From: Hydrolagus affinis
Taxonomy: Eukaryota
Direction: 5' to 3'
DNA: 64,000 nucleotides
Assembly: GCA_012026655.1 (NCBI GenBank)
Contig: JAAILG010000900.1
Location: 1 to 64,000, forward strand
Shown here: piece by piece, positions 39,131-51,770 of the stretch
Position numbering within the stretch: position 1 is the stretch's first letter
Layout: each line of letters starts with the position of its first letter
Position numbers and translations under genes: made by a program
The notes under the pieces: generated by a model
Seen by the model: only the letters and a program-made list of their open reading frames with translations
Databases searched by the model: none
Told to the model about the DNA's origin: nothing

Positions 39131-41884
39131 ATCGTCACAAATAATACTCTTTACAACAACAACAAAGTTACATTTATAGAGCGCTTTTCACGTCGGGAGG
39201 ACTCCCAAGGCTTTAACATTTGATATAGTGCCTGATCATGTCAATGAGACATCTCCAAGCAGTTCCCGGGACTTATTGTGAAGATGAAGAGAAATGAAAG
39301 ACAAAAAGAAAAAACCTTTTCAGATTAAGGTAGCATCCAATGTGTGCAGAGTAGTACCACTCACCATTGACTGAAATTTTAACAGTTTGAAGATAAGTGA
39401 TCTTTGTCTTAATGTCTACTCTCTGGCTTTAATAATGAGATAATTTTGTTGTTGATTAATGATGAAACACTGCGAGAAAGTGAAGTTTTACCCTTCTCTT
39501 CGATGTGTCTTGTCTTCTCCCGAAGAAGTTTTTTTAAAAAGTTCAGAAACCTAAGTGTAGAGTCGAAGCTTATTGTGTTGTGTACCAGCAGGGCAAGAGG
39601 AAACAACAAAAGAGACAATGCTGTCTTATGGTCCAAAGGAATGGACGTACCACAGTGGTCATTCTTAATGTGTGAGAAAACAGAGTGTTGTTGAGTCATT
39701 CAACAGGAGATAATCTATACCAAACTTTTACACTGTCCTCATCTATCATGCACATACACACAATTCCTTTGGAGCAGGAATCACTAGACACCAATACGGA
39801 ATCTCTGGTTCTTTATTTAAGAATCCCCAAGTTCTTATTGTTATTTTCCTAAAGTGTGGAGTTGTATATGCGTTGTGGAGCTAGATGTGACAGATGACCA
39901 AACAGCTTCTGGGATGTCATAAGATAGTATAGTTTAAAATCCAACATGGCGAGTTTATCTAATGGGTGAGAACAATTGAACTCAGCCATTGCTCTCCCTG
40001 TTGCTCCTCAGCAGATCTGGTCAAATCTACGTATTTGCAACCAAAAAGAGAGTTGATTGACACAGGTGAAAGAAACAATTTTGAGATGTTGTTCCATTGC
40101 CTTTTTCTTTCACCGTGCTACGATTAAACCAATGGAATAGCAGTAAGTCCTGAAGCATGATTCAAACCCAATGGGATGGTTAGATATATGACTGGTGAGT
40201 GAGACCTCTGCGTTTAAGAGCACTATAAGCAGCCCAGTGTTACTGCTGTGGTTTATTAGTAAACAGTAGCTCCCAATCAGATAGTCTTTATCTACATGAG
40301 TGTCAGCCTATTCAGGAGCGTCAGGAATTGTAGGAACACTGTATCATAATGATGACCGTCTTCCATTTACTTACCCCCATCTTAAGCATTCAGCTCATAT
40401 GTTCTCCTTCCTATTCCCCCATTCTTACTTTACCCTTTCCTTTCATTCCTCTTCCTTACCTCTCTATTACCTCGTTATGTAGTCTTATCTAAGCTTTCAC
40501 AGCTTCTCATTAATATTCAGTATGAGTCAGAGAATTCTATATACCATTGTCTGTTAATGGGGAGGGCAATCAGTCACCCAGTTATCAGCCAGTCAGCAGA
40601 AACCAGGCATTCAGTCCTGACGGCAAAGAATCATGGGAGATCAGAGAAGGTTAAATGAGGCTGACAGATGTGATCGTACTGATTATTATATAATTTAGGG
40701 CATGAATAATAAGGGCAGATAGTAGATACTAGCACAAGGTATATGAGAGGTATTTGCAGTTTAACTTGTTATTATTTCCTGACCACTGATTTGCTCCAGA
40801 AATGAGATGAAAAATGAATAGCAAAGTAATGGGCAGTATGTCAGCAAATAAACGTCGAGAAATATTTTAGGCCTAACAGATTTCCAAAAGTATATGATCC
40901 TTCAGGCATCATTGTGGTGTCATGTCACCACATCAATGACCTACGTCAAGAATTTGTATTTTTCATTGTGAAGAGCATTTTTTTTTCATTTTGAAGTTTC
41001 CAGTTGTTCCACTTTCAGACCCTGGAGACCCCTTTGGCATCTCAGCAAGGTTGGAAGTGCTTACAGCTCTCCGACAATGCAGCCATCAGGAGACATTTGT
41101 GTCTTACTTGGCTGATCAGTGGGGAGATAGTTTCGAAGCAATCAAGGTTTTCAGTCAAAGATCAAGGCTACTCTAGACCAAAGCAGTTAGTTGGTCCTTG
41201 TTATAACCACACTAAGATATTTCTCCCTCGAATTGGAATCTTACCTACCATGATAATAAAGGTAAGCTCTTCAAGGAAAGACACTGTTTTCTCCACTCTT
41301 TGGAAGTTTTACTTCATCTTATTACGGTACTTCAAAGATGGTCAGCTCTAATAATCTCTACGCTCATGTTTTGCTTTAATATAGCACTTAATTGTCCAAA
41401 CATCTTGAGTGCTTCAAAGTTATTGCTATCAAATGTAGTGACCTGGGAGGCAAACGTTAGAACCACTTAGTGCTCACCAAAGTCTCACAACCTTAAATTC
41501 AATGACTAATTTATTCTCGCGATTTTTAATTTAAAATTAAGGCCACCAGTTTGGGATTTGCAGCAGTGGCACCAATCAACAATGACAACAAAATCACATT
41601 TGTATAATGCCTTTCACATCTGGAGGATATCCCAAGGCACTGGGGAATGTTTTTTCCAAACACCAGAATGGAATTTAGGAACAAATAACAACTTGCATTT
41701 ATATAGCGCCCTCCATGCGTGGTGGCATCTCAGAGTGCTTAAGGTTGAACAAACGTTGAAATCGCTTGCTTTGAACTGCCAAAAGTATCAGTGCTTTTAA
41801 CAGATCGTACCCTTCAGATTGAAATAAAATTAGATTAAGCTAACTGAATGCCTACTTTGAAAAAGCAGCAAATTGGAAAGAAAG

Positions 41885-42330
41885 AAGAACTTGCATTTTT
41901 GCTGCAGCACCTTATCATGTGAACATCTCAAAGCACTTTTCAAGAGATTGTTGTCTTGTGTACTGGCTGCTATACAAATGTAATTTTGTTATTGTTGTTG
42001 TTGCTGTTTTATAGGCAAACACGATAGCCATTTGTAGCAGAGAACTCCTCCCACAGCCATGAGGTGAATGAACAATTCATTTTAAGGATTGTTGGCCAGG
42101 GCACTGGGATTAATTCTGTTCCCTTTTTGTATAGTATTATGGGATCTTTAACTTGCACATGAAGATGTATATCAGACATTGGTTTAAATATGTGATCTAA
42201 AAGGCACACCGATGATCACAGAGCAGTTCCCAGACTTGCACTGCAGTGTCGATTTAGCTAACAAGTCCTGTTGTTCGGCTTCAATCCACAACCTTTAGTC
42301 TCAGATGTAAGAGTGCTACTAACTGAGCCC
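41885..42330 (-). mobile_element. SacSINE1/Deu-SINE-like, near full length
   Basis: TTGGCCAGGGCACTGGG...ATGGGATCTTTAAC...CCACAACCTTTAGTCTCAGATGTAAGAGTGCTACTAACTGAGCC. Confidence 0.8.
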
Positions 42331-43401
42331 AAAGTGATGCTGTTAACTAGGTGAGATTAAAATGTACTGTAAGCAGATTAGTATGTTGTATGTAAAACAT
42401 TAATAGAAAAGAAAATTGATTGAAAATATCCACTTTTCATCCAATAAACTCTTTGCTCCTCAAAGGGTTTAACCAAGCAGATAAGGGTTCAAAGAAGCTT
42501 GAAGGATGAAGTGCAGAACAAAAGCACCTTTCACGACCAATGTTTCATTTTTAGCACGCACAATACCCAGTTTAATCCAAGCGCAGACCCTTTTGTGGCA
42601 GTAACATCGACAGAATAGAAATGTGTGTTTTGGTATTTAATAAAGTGTACTTAACTATCATAATGGAATTTTATCCATGAAATGCGATCAGTTCAGCTGG
42701 AGGAGCTTATGTTTCGGATCATACAAACTGCCACTTCAAATTACAATGAAGCAGAAGAAACCTGTTGTGGGTAATAATTTCTACACGGGATACAAACTAT
42801 GCAAATTCAATACTATTTAGTTGATTTCCCTGATGGGCAAAATGGTTGGTCTGTTTTCATTCCATGTTTCCTTATCTGTGTGTTGCAATTGGATTCCTAA
42901 GCATGTTGACGGGTTTCTACGTAGGAACAGGAGTTGGCCATTCAGCTTGTTTCTCTGCCATTCTATTATTAGATAAAGTATGTGAGAGACCCGGCTTAAC
43001 AAAGCAAAATATATGTGGGGGTCCAAGCCAGCCATTTTCCTCCTAAGAAGGGAGAGAACAAAAATATTCATTTGGAAACTCACATGTCACAAGCTACATT
43101 TTACCTAGTGATCACGGAGAGACCTGGGAGCTGGTGGCCTACCCATCCTATTAGTGAGTGAAAAATCATGGAAGAAGATGAAGTGGGAGGTGGTGGGTGG
43201 TGGGGGGAGGGGGGGGAGAGAGAAAATAGTTTAGAGATCTAGAAGGGTAATAGAAAGGAATTATCATAATCATCCCTGAATTTGATATAGTGCCTTATCA
43301 CGTCAACACACACCAGCACTGCACCACTGCACTGGAATGTCATCATTGGTTATGTGATTCCAAGTCCTGACATGGGGCATGACCCACAATCTTCTGATTC
43401 A

Positions 43402-43707
43402 GAGTCCTGTAGCTCAGTAGTTAGAGCACTCGACTTGCAAGCGAGGGACTTGGGTTTGATTCCCAGCAGGGCGAAACCCCGGGCAAGTTTCCTTAATCCA
43501 CATGCCTGATAATAATCCCTCAAGGAAAAAGCAACAATAATTTGGTCACTCAATCCACGACTGTTTGTGGGACCCTGCTGTGCGCACTTGGCTGCTGCAT
43601 TTCACCCACAAAGATACAGTCAATTCACTTTACAGTATATTCTGTGAAGCTCTTTGAGACTCTAGAAGACATGAAAAGTGCTTTATCAAATTGAAGGATT
43701 ATTATTA
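43402..43707 (+). mobile_element. SINE-A, full length, inserted antisense into the head of a SacSINE1-like copy (~43310-43730)
   Basis: The host reads ACCCACAATCTTCTGATTCAGA before the insertion and AGTGCTACTACTGAC after it. Confidence 0.92.
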
Positions 43708-46619
43708 CAGTATTCAGTGCTACTACTGACACATGGGTAATGAATTGTATGATATCTATTTATCTCCTTTTTGCTCCTCTCCCTCTGATTTTGTTTCCCT
43801 TAACCACCTCTCCTGATGAATGTTAGGCATGCAGTGAAACATAAATAACTTTCTTTAGATAGTGTTTCAACATGTTGAAACAACCTGTGTTGGCTGTTTC
43901 AGGTTTCAGCCTCTCTTCAAATCCAACCACTGAAGTGGGAAAGGGTGGGTAGGGAGGACAGATTAGTTCACACCTTCTCCCAATCTTTACTTATCAATTG
44001 GCTTGACCTTGTTGTTTGATGATGTGATAATTGTCACATCATATGTCAATTTGTCAACCCATTGACTGAATCATGGCATCTTGAAGGAATTCCTCGATGT
44101 GTTGCAGAGTTGCTGAAAACTTCCAGTGACAAGCTTAAACTGGAGTGAGTCTTTCCCCTTCTCCCCTGTTTGCACCTTCAGATGTCCCAACCCGACATGA
44201 AAAGAGCTATACATATGTAATTTTGTTGGTGTTATTGTTGCATTGGTAAATGTTTTACATTGAAGCTCTTTTAGAGTCTAAAAACAGCATACTGCCAACT
44301 GATAGGCTAAACACATGACATATAATAAGAATTAAGTTTAGAGAAACATATGTGTTTGTATTTCAAATATGGTTTTTAAACTATATTTAAAAAGTTAGAA
44401 ATGAGAAGAACTGTACAGCTTTATTTGAAACACTGACAATCCTTAGCATGTCCTCCTGATATGAAAGGGGCTATACAAATGTCATTTTGTTGCTGTTGCT
44501 TTTTTGATCTGCATTAAGCAGGCTTACAGCATTGTCCCAAGATCCTTTTGGCTAATGCCGAAATAACACATAGAGGCAGATCACTAAACTATAGTCATCT
44601 GTTTCTTATACAGTAATATAATAATATATTCATCTTTATAGTGGAAAAACTCTAGATAGAGATGCACTCAAAAATTCCTATCATACACTTCAAGGACCAT
44701 GTAATGTAAGTTTCTTATTGTTGGTGCAGCTGCATGTTTAGGTACTGTAAATATAAAATCCACTGTGATTTTACAATCTTAATTTGAAGCGATTCATTTC
44801 CTGAAAGAAATCAGTACCTTTCTAGGCCCTGTATGATTCGTACTACTGGACTATCACTGGAATTAGGATCTGACATTGATATCGTACCAAGTTTAATGAC
44901 AAGTTGCTTTGCACAATTAACATTTTTAAAAAAAAATTGTAATAAAAGAGTTTTTTTGCACAACGTGAAATCCTGTAAATGATTTCTTCATTTGTGGATG
45001 TTAAGGCAGTTGATTTGAGATGGAGCAATGTTTGGGATACTATAATTTACCTTGTTGCCCCATTGACAAGTGTCAGAGAACAACAGCAAAGGTTCCTTGT
45101 CTTCATAGCGAGCCAGTGATCACCTGCTAGAAAGTGTGTGTAGACTGCAAGTGGAAATCAGCCTTAACTGTAACACAGTACATTGGAACAGCCTGTCAAC
45201 ATTCACTATCTCTGCTTAATATCAAGAATAGACACTGGTGCAAGATCCCATTAAGAGCTCCTACCACCCATGTAAGCATCCGCCTGCAAGGGTCTGAGGA
45301 GCAAGGGAGAAAGTTGGCAAAAAATACATCAAGATACTTTTCATCTCAAGTGTTTCCCAATGTACTTGTTATAATTATAGAAACTGTTTTTTTCATTGTG
45401 CTTGCGAGGAAATTGAATATGGAAAAATGGTCTCCACTTTAACTTTTGTTTTTGACACAAAATAGGATTTTCTTCACTGGTAAACGGTGCGATTTCATGA
45501 AGCAGGCGATTTCCTCACTCCACTTTCGAAACTTGCTGGTATGTTTTGCCTTTAAGAAAGGTCGGAGTTCAAGAAACTTAATTAAACCTTAGTCATATTC
45601 ACATTGGCAAAAATACAGAGACAGCACTCTGTCCGATTCAGCAAGTAAATTACTATTCTAATAATATGAGATTTGGCTACTTATTATCTGCTTCCATTTT
45701 CATACAGATGGTTGTACACTGAAGAAGCATGTGGCACTGAAAGGGAAAAAAAAATCAGAAATTTACATTTGGATTTCGAGTAATGTGGCAAAGGGTATTT
45801 GCAAATAACAGTGTGAGACTCAGCATTTTCATTGTCTGGGAAATTCTGTTTCCCTCTGATATGAAAATTCAATTATTTTACAGCTAGACCTTACATTCAC
45901 CCATCATCTTCCTGACAGGCAGTGTAAGTGTGGTGCCAGCTGCAGCTGGGAGCAGCCCTCAGTACCAGATAGCACTGCGCTGCATTCTGAAATGTGACAT
46001 TTTTGCAAGACTTGCACACGAGATTGCTGGAAGATTTTGCATTCACGGGACGAAAATTAATCAACTGTACTGCATTATCCAGTGTCTGTAATTTTGTCTT
46101 TTAATCTACATATTGAAATTTTTTAAGTTTAATTTCCTGCAGAAGCTGATATTAATCATGTAGTTAAAATGGTAAAAACTGACTGCCAGCATCAGGGTAT
46201 AATGTTCCGATGTACTCCATGCACATGAATATGTAATGCAGTTTCATAAGATACAGTGGTTTAACAATACTTATTTTGTATCACTAGAATTGTTTGAATT
46301 TCTTAAAGAGATAGAATCGTTTTTTTTGGGGGGGTAACCTCACATAAGCTGTTGCTCAAAACTGTCTCCCAAGTGTGCATATTTTAAATGCTATTACCTT
46401 GATGTTGCAAAGTAAACCCTATTGTATGTTAGTGGTCTCTGCAAAGCTTCAAGCTTTCAAAAACTGTATTTTGTTGTGTTTCTTGAAGTGAGTGTTTTTT
46501 TTCAAAAGAGCGGAAAGCTGTGAGAACCACCATGACTTCTGTCAGGCCTTGTCAAAGGCTTTCTTGCTGTGTTTTTTTTTCAGTTAAGCCTTAGTATTTC
46601 GCACTGTTAGCCAGCGAGG

Positions 46620-46822
46620 AGGCCCAGTCAGTAGTAGTCTTGTTTCTGAGTCAGAGGGCTGTGCGCACAAGTCCGAAGTCATGGGACATTGCTGTGTGCA
46701 AATTGGCTGTTGCATTCGCCCACAAAGTAGGATAGTCACACCACTTTATGGTGTTTCCCGTGAAGCGCTTTGAGACGTCCTCCTGATGTGAAAGGCGCCA
46801 TTTCAAATGTAAAGATTATTAC
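46620..46822 (+). mobile_element. SacSINE1-like with a central deletion
   Basis: TTCTGAGTCAGAGGGCTGTG...CAAGTCC joined to TGGGACATTGCTGTGTGCAAATTGGCTG...GAAGCGCTTTGAGACGTCCTCCTGATGTGAAAGGCGC. Confidence 0.8.
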
Positions 46823-47539
46823 TGTTTAATAGACCAAGGAATTGATTCAAGTGACGGTACTGAGAATGACAGTGTACTTGTCCACACCATCTCTATTTCT
46901 TACAGAAATTCAACAAATACCTTGAATACTGTTCAAATGAAAAGTCTTGGGGTGAATCAGGAGTTATTTAGCAACAGCGGGAACTGACTTTTCTTATTGC
47001 AGGCACATTTCTGTGACGAGAAGTAAATTGACTTTAATTTGTTGTATCACAAACTGTGCCGCAGCACTTAATTACAGTCTTGCATTATTGGTGAGTGTGT
47101 TCTGCAGTGCAGAGATTTTGCATTTAATTTTAGAGTCAATGTAAAAGCCTTATTGCTATGATTTCTGTATGAAAAGGAAGTAATTTTTCCTTGGGTAGAC
47201 CATCACTTGGGTAGATTTTAAAAGCTGATACAATTACATGAAACGATACAGGATGGAAATAACCATTTGGCTAAAGTCTTTTAAAAAAAACGACTTGAAA
47301 AGCCTTCTCTCGAGAACACAATTCTGTTGCTAGCTAAATACGATCTCTTATTTCTTTCTTTCAAGTAATTGTAGATATTTCAGGAAAGGAAGAAGTTACA
47401 CTTGCTTCTTAAACAACCAAATTGAAAGGTAGCAGCTTTGTGTGAATTTTTGTCTATTTTAATCTTTATTAAAAGAATTCTTGAAGTGCATGTTACGTGA
47501 ACTCAGTGGTTGATGTGTACATAGTGATGTACTAAATAC

Positions 47540-47960
47540 TAATCCTCGCATTTAGTATAGCACCTTATCACGTCAGAAGGATGCCTCAAAGTGCTTCACA
47601 GGATTTACTGTCAAGTGGGTTCACTGTGTATTTGTAGGCGAACGCAGCAACACAATTGCACAAAGCAATGTCACACAAACAATCATAGAGTGAGTGATTA
47701 ATTTTATTTAGGAGATTATTGGCTAGGACACCAGCAGAGACTCCCTTGCCTTTAAGAACAATTGTATGGGATCTTTAATGTCCACCTGAACAGTTCCTTG
47801 GTTTATCAATTCATCTAAACGAATGCACCTCCAACAATGCAACACATCCCAGTGCTACATTGAATTGTCATCTTAGACTATGTGAGTCCAGGGCCCAATT
47901 TGGAATTTTAACTCACAACCTTCTGTCTCAGAGGCAAGAGTGGTGAGAAAGTGAGTCATT
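47540..47960 (-). mobile_element. SacSINE1/Deu-SINE-like, near full length
   Basis: ATGGGATCTTTAATGTCCACCTGA...GCACCTCCAACAATGCA...CACAACCTTCTGTCTCAGAGGCAAGAG. Confidence 0.82.
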
Positions 47961-50719
47961 AACACAGTTGTATATTTTAGGGTACATCATAAATAGCTGT
48001 CTCCAGTGTGTGTCATGTTTTTTCCCTTGTGGCCTGGGCTATTTCCCTTGGTTACTGTTGCTCCTATTCTACCCGTCATTGTGATAGGGATCAATAAATG
48101 TGGGACCCAAAAGAGCCTTATGCCAGAAGAAGAAAAAAATTGGAATCCAAACTGTTTCAGGAAGCGGGGGAAAAAAAAGTGAAGAGGAGAACATTTAGAT
48201 AAGAAAAATTGACGCAAGAAATAAAACCAAGAATATGTCCTGTTTGCATTGCTAATAGATGCAGAAAAAAACATAGGACCTCACGTACTTCATTGAATTC
48301 ATCAGTATTGTTCTTGTCCCACCACTTTTGGGGAAAAAAAACATTCGGAGGCAATAACCTGCTTAGTGAATTGATCTCTGTGTACAAAATACTCCAGAAT
48401 AAATTGGGGATGTAATAGTTCCTGAGGCGCAAAAAAAAGCAAAACGCAAATACATTGACATTCTTGAGTAGACAATAGTCACTGAAATTTGTGCATATGC
48501 AGTTTTGTTACTTAACATGAATTAACCATGAATTGCATTAGAAATGCATTCACCTGATCTACATGTTTTAAAGGAAATTTAACTGTTTAAAAAGACCCAT
48601 GTAGCAAAAGTTAGTCTTTTGCTATATGTGATTTTTTTCAAGAGCACTTATAGTAAAGAATAAATTTGATGGAATATAACCGAATCGCTTTCAAACTCAG
48701 AATATATGATATTGTATGCTTGAAAAAGGTCCAAAAAAAATTAAAAGCCTAAAATAAGTATTTTAGGAATCCAGTATAGCTTACTTTTTTAAACGGTTAT
48801 CAGAGTATTTTAATTACAATTTTGTGATGTTAAAATGGAAGTCCATACCTGTGGTTCATTCATCATTAATTTCCATTTTGATAAAGTCTGAAGCTTTATC
48901 AGAACAGCTATGGCAAGTTCTGGCAGTGCGTATAATTGGATTAGGTTTCAGATTTGACAGTTTCTTTTGATATTGCCGTGTCGGAGACCACATGAAGTGA
49001 AAGTCTGCTGCAGATTAATATGCAAAAGGTACAGCATTTGAAACATTTTGCTTTCCTCTTGTACTGATGCTGTTAAATACAGCAGAGTGTACCAATTTAT
49101 TTGCCATTCATCACATTTTGTTCAATATAATTTGAAGCAGAATCAATTTCATCCCATTTAAACTATGTTTGAGGTCCCTCTCATCCAACACCACTGCAAA
49201 GTAAATGTACTAAATCCAGCAATAATACCTTATTTTCAGAGTAATTTATGCACAGATTAATTTACCTGCTTTATGTGTGCAAAAGAATTTGAAACGAGCA
49301 ATCGTGTGCAGTGCAACATTGTGTAATGAAATATGAGCCCATTGTAAAAATATAAGTTTTGGGTAACTTCACACAATTCAATGTTATTTCTTTTATTAAA
49401 ATTTAAGTTTGCAAAAAGTGTGCTATGTCAGATATGGGAAAAGGCCCAGTATGCTATCTTGTGTTCACGATTATTTGACTATATCACACGTGCTTGCATA
49501 GGCATGTGTGTGATTGACAACATTCCATGGTATTGCATTTTTTTAAGTTCCAAGTAGTACAGTATTACTCTATTTTTAAATCATTCCCATGTTTCACTCA
49601 AACCTATTTACTCCTCCCATACCAGGTCATTTGCTTTTAACATTTAGATCAACTCCTCTGCAGTTTAAGAACCTATTTGGCAAATGGGACGAATCTCACC
49701 TCCTGTTAAAGAGGGGCAAATGATTATAATGAAATTCCTGACAAGCCAGCAGTGAGTGTGTGAAAATACAATTGATGTGGAAAATAATTTATATTTAAAA
49801 TAACAGATAATGTGATATGAGATCATGCTACCCCTATTGTACCCCTATTGTGTATTTATCAGATTGCCTTGTTATTCAACACTGCAAGTAAATCAAAACC
49901 TGAACTGCCATTCATTTCTGAGTTTATTACAACATTCAGTAGGATCTCTACAGAATAATTAAAATGATTATCTAGGAAAACTATTTGGCATAACCTAGGG
50001 ATTGACTTGTTGAAAAAAAGTACATGCTCGATTTTTCCAGCAAATTAACATATTCAAGTAAACACCTACCATGGAATGGTAAGGGAGTTTAACGGTGTCA
50101 ACATGAGGTGCGTGAAATGTCATCATTTTCTCTGAAATAAAGAAACAAAATACTATTGAACGTATGTTCTTAAAGGGTTAATACGAGGCTTGAGCCAGAA
50201 ATAACACCAAACAATCTTCACACCTCAACCTTACAGTTTTATTCACCAGTAACTCATAATCTTCTTAATTCCCTTAATCTGTCAGTTTCTTATCTCACTT
50301 GAGTCTGATGTTACACCTCTTGGCCTCCTGTGAAGCTGACAGTATTAAGGCTCATTTATTAAATGTGTGAAAAAGAGGTGAAGAACCAGCCTTTTTACCT
50401 CTGAAAGAGTATGCAAAATATTACACAATGGGAACAGCATAATGTGGTATGAAACAAGACCTGAAGGAATAACCCATTTCCTTTAATGATTGGGTAAAAT
50501 CAGCCCATATTCGTTGCGGCAGCCCAACACCCATCCCATTCACTAACAGAAATTCACACCTGCAGAAGACAGAGTTCACAATGAAAAGGTAATGATCACT
50601 TCAGGTTGCATATTATCTTATTTCCATCTTTGTATTTGAAAAGAAGTCATCCAGAATATGTAGCTGACATTTTAAACTAGAGATAATCAAGTTTACACAA
50701 TAGAATCGCAATAAATGCA

Positions 50720-50855
50720 GAATATGGTACTAAAATGCTCAGTCTGTGCCTATTTAGCCAAAGTGCAGAGGGAGTGGTACAATTAGCCTTTGTGTCCTGG
50801 ATGAGGTGTTGGAAAACCAGGGTTCATTCCTACACCTTTCTCGTTAAGTGATTTA
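50720..50855 (+). mobile_element. AmnSINE2-like remnant
   Basis: TCTGTGCCTATTTAGC...TACAATTAGCCT...CCTGGA...AAAACCAGGGTTC. Confidence 0.5.
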
Positions 50856-50940
50856 GCAAATGACAAGTGAAAACACATTGCACCTTAAGACATTTGAGGC
50901 ATCCTCCTCATGAAAGGCACCAAATAAATATAAGTTATAT

Positions 50941-51076
50941 AGTTCTGACAAAGGGTCGTGGATCGGAAACGTTGACTCACTTTTGTTTTCTCCATAGATG
51001 CTGCCTGACCTGCTGAGTGTTTCCAGCAATTTCTGTTTTTGTTTCAGATTTTCAGCATCTGCAGTACTTTGCATTT
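50941..51076 (+). mobile_element. Penelope-like element terminal fragment with a degenerate hammerhead motif
   Basis: TCTGACAAAGGGTC...GAAACGTTGAC...AGATGCTGCCTGACCTGCTGAGTGTTTCCAGCAATTTCTG...CAGCATCTGCAGT, a pattern I recall as typical of chondrichthyan Penelope termini. Confidence 0.75.
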
Positions 51077-51587
51077 TTCTAAATTGTATTGTATTGTGCA
51101 TCTCAGTTGTGCTCGCCTCATACTTGAATACCTCCAATATTTATTGATCAGGCTCACAGATATTAACCAACAATTCCCCCAGATAGTATTAGTCACTCGC
51201 TCCATAACTGTTTCCAGGACATTATTACGTACAAATCATTGCAGTTCTGTCCTGCTAATACACAAGTGGTATACTTTACAGTATGGGACGTACAATCTTG
51301 GTATCGCATGCACAAACCAAACCTAAGCTGGAAATGGGCAGGCAATTTTAAATGTGAAGGCTTATTGCAGTTAAGAAAAGTACTGGAAAGCTTCAAGCAC
51401 CTCCACTGGAACATCCTGTGGCCAGTATAAACTCAACCTAAGGGTAAGGTACTGATAAATGAGTTTCTATGTACAGTACTTAGTGCGGGGGAGGGTGGGG
51501 GCTGGGGGGGGGTGGTGAAGAGGGAGGGGGTTGTGGGGAGAAATACCCATCCACCAAGAGGAGCTAATGTACATTTATACTTGACCT

Positions 51588-51770
51588 TAATAATAAATAA
51601 TCCTTGCATTTCGAGCAACTGCATGTCTTCAAGATGTCTGAAAACGCTTCATGGAATATACTGTAAAGTGAATTAATTGTATATTTTGTGGGCGAATGCA
51701 GCAGCCAATTGAGCACAGCAATGTCCCTCAAACAGTCGGAGATTAAGCGACCAATTAATTTATTTATTAA
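51588..51770 (-). mobile_element. SINE-A-type 3' half
   Basis: ATAATCCTTGCATT...GGAATATACTGTAAAGTGAATT...GCAGCCAATTGAGCACAGCAATGTCCC. Confidence 0.85.

Noticed and set aside
39409-39699. Overlapping ORFs and a possible minus-strand mini-exon (FLNFLKKLLREKTRHIEEK)
   Set aside because: The donor (GTAAAA) is weak and the peptide has no recognisable homology.
49829-49851. Small tandem duplications (also ~9986-10017, ~28844-28881, ~55632-55681)
   Set aside because: Two-copy slippage products; not arrays and not CRISPR-like.
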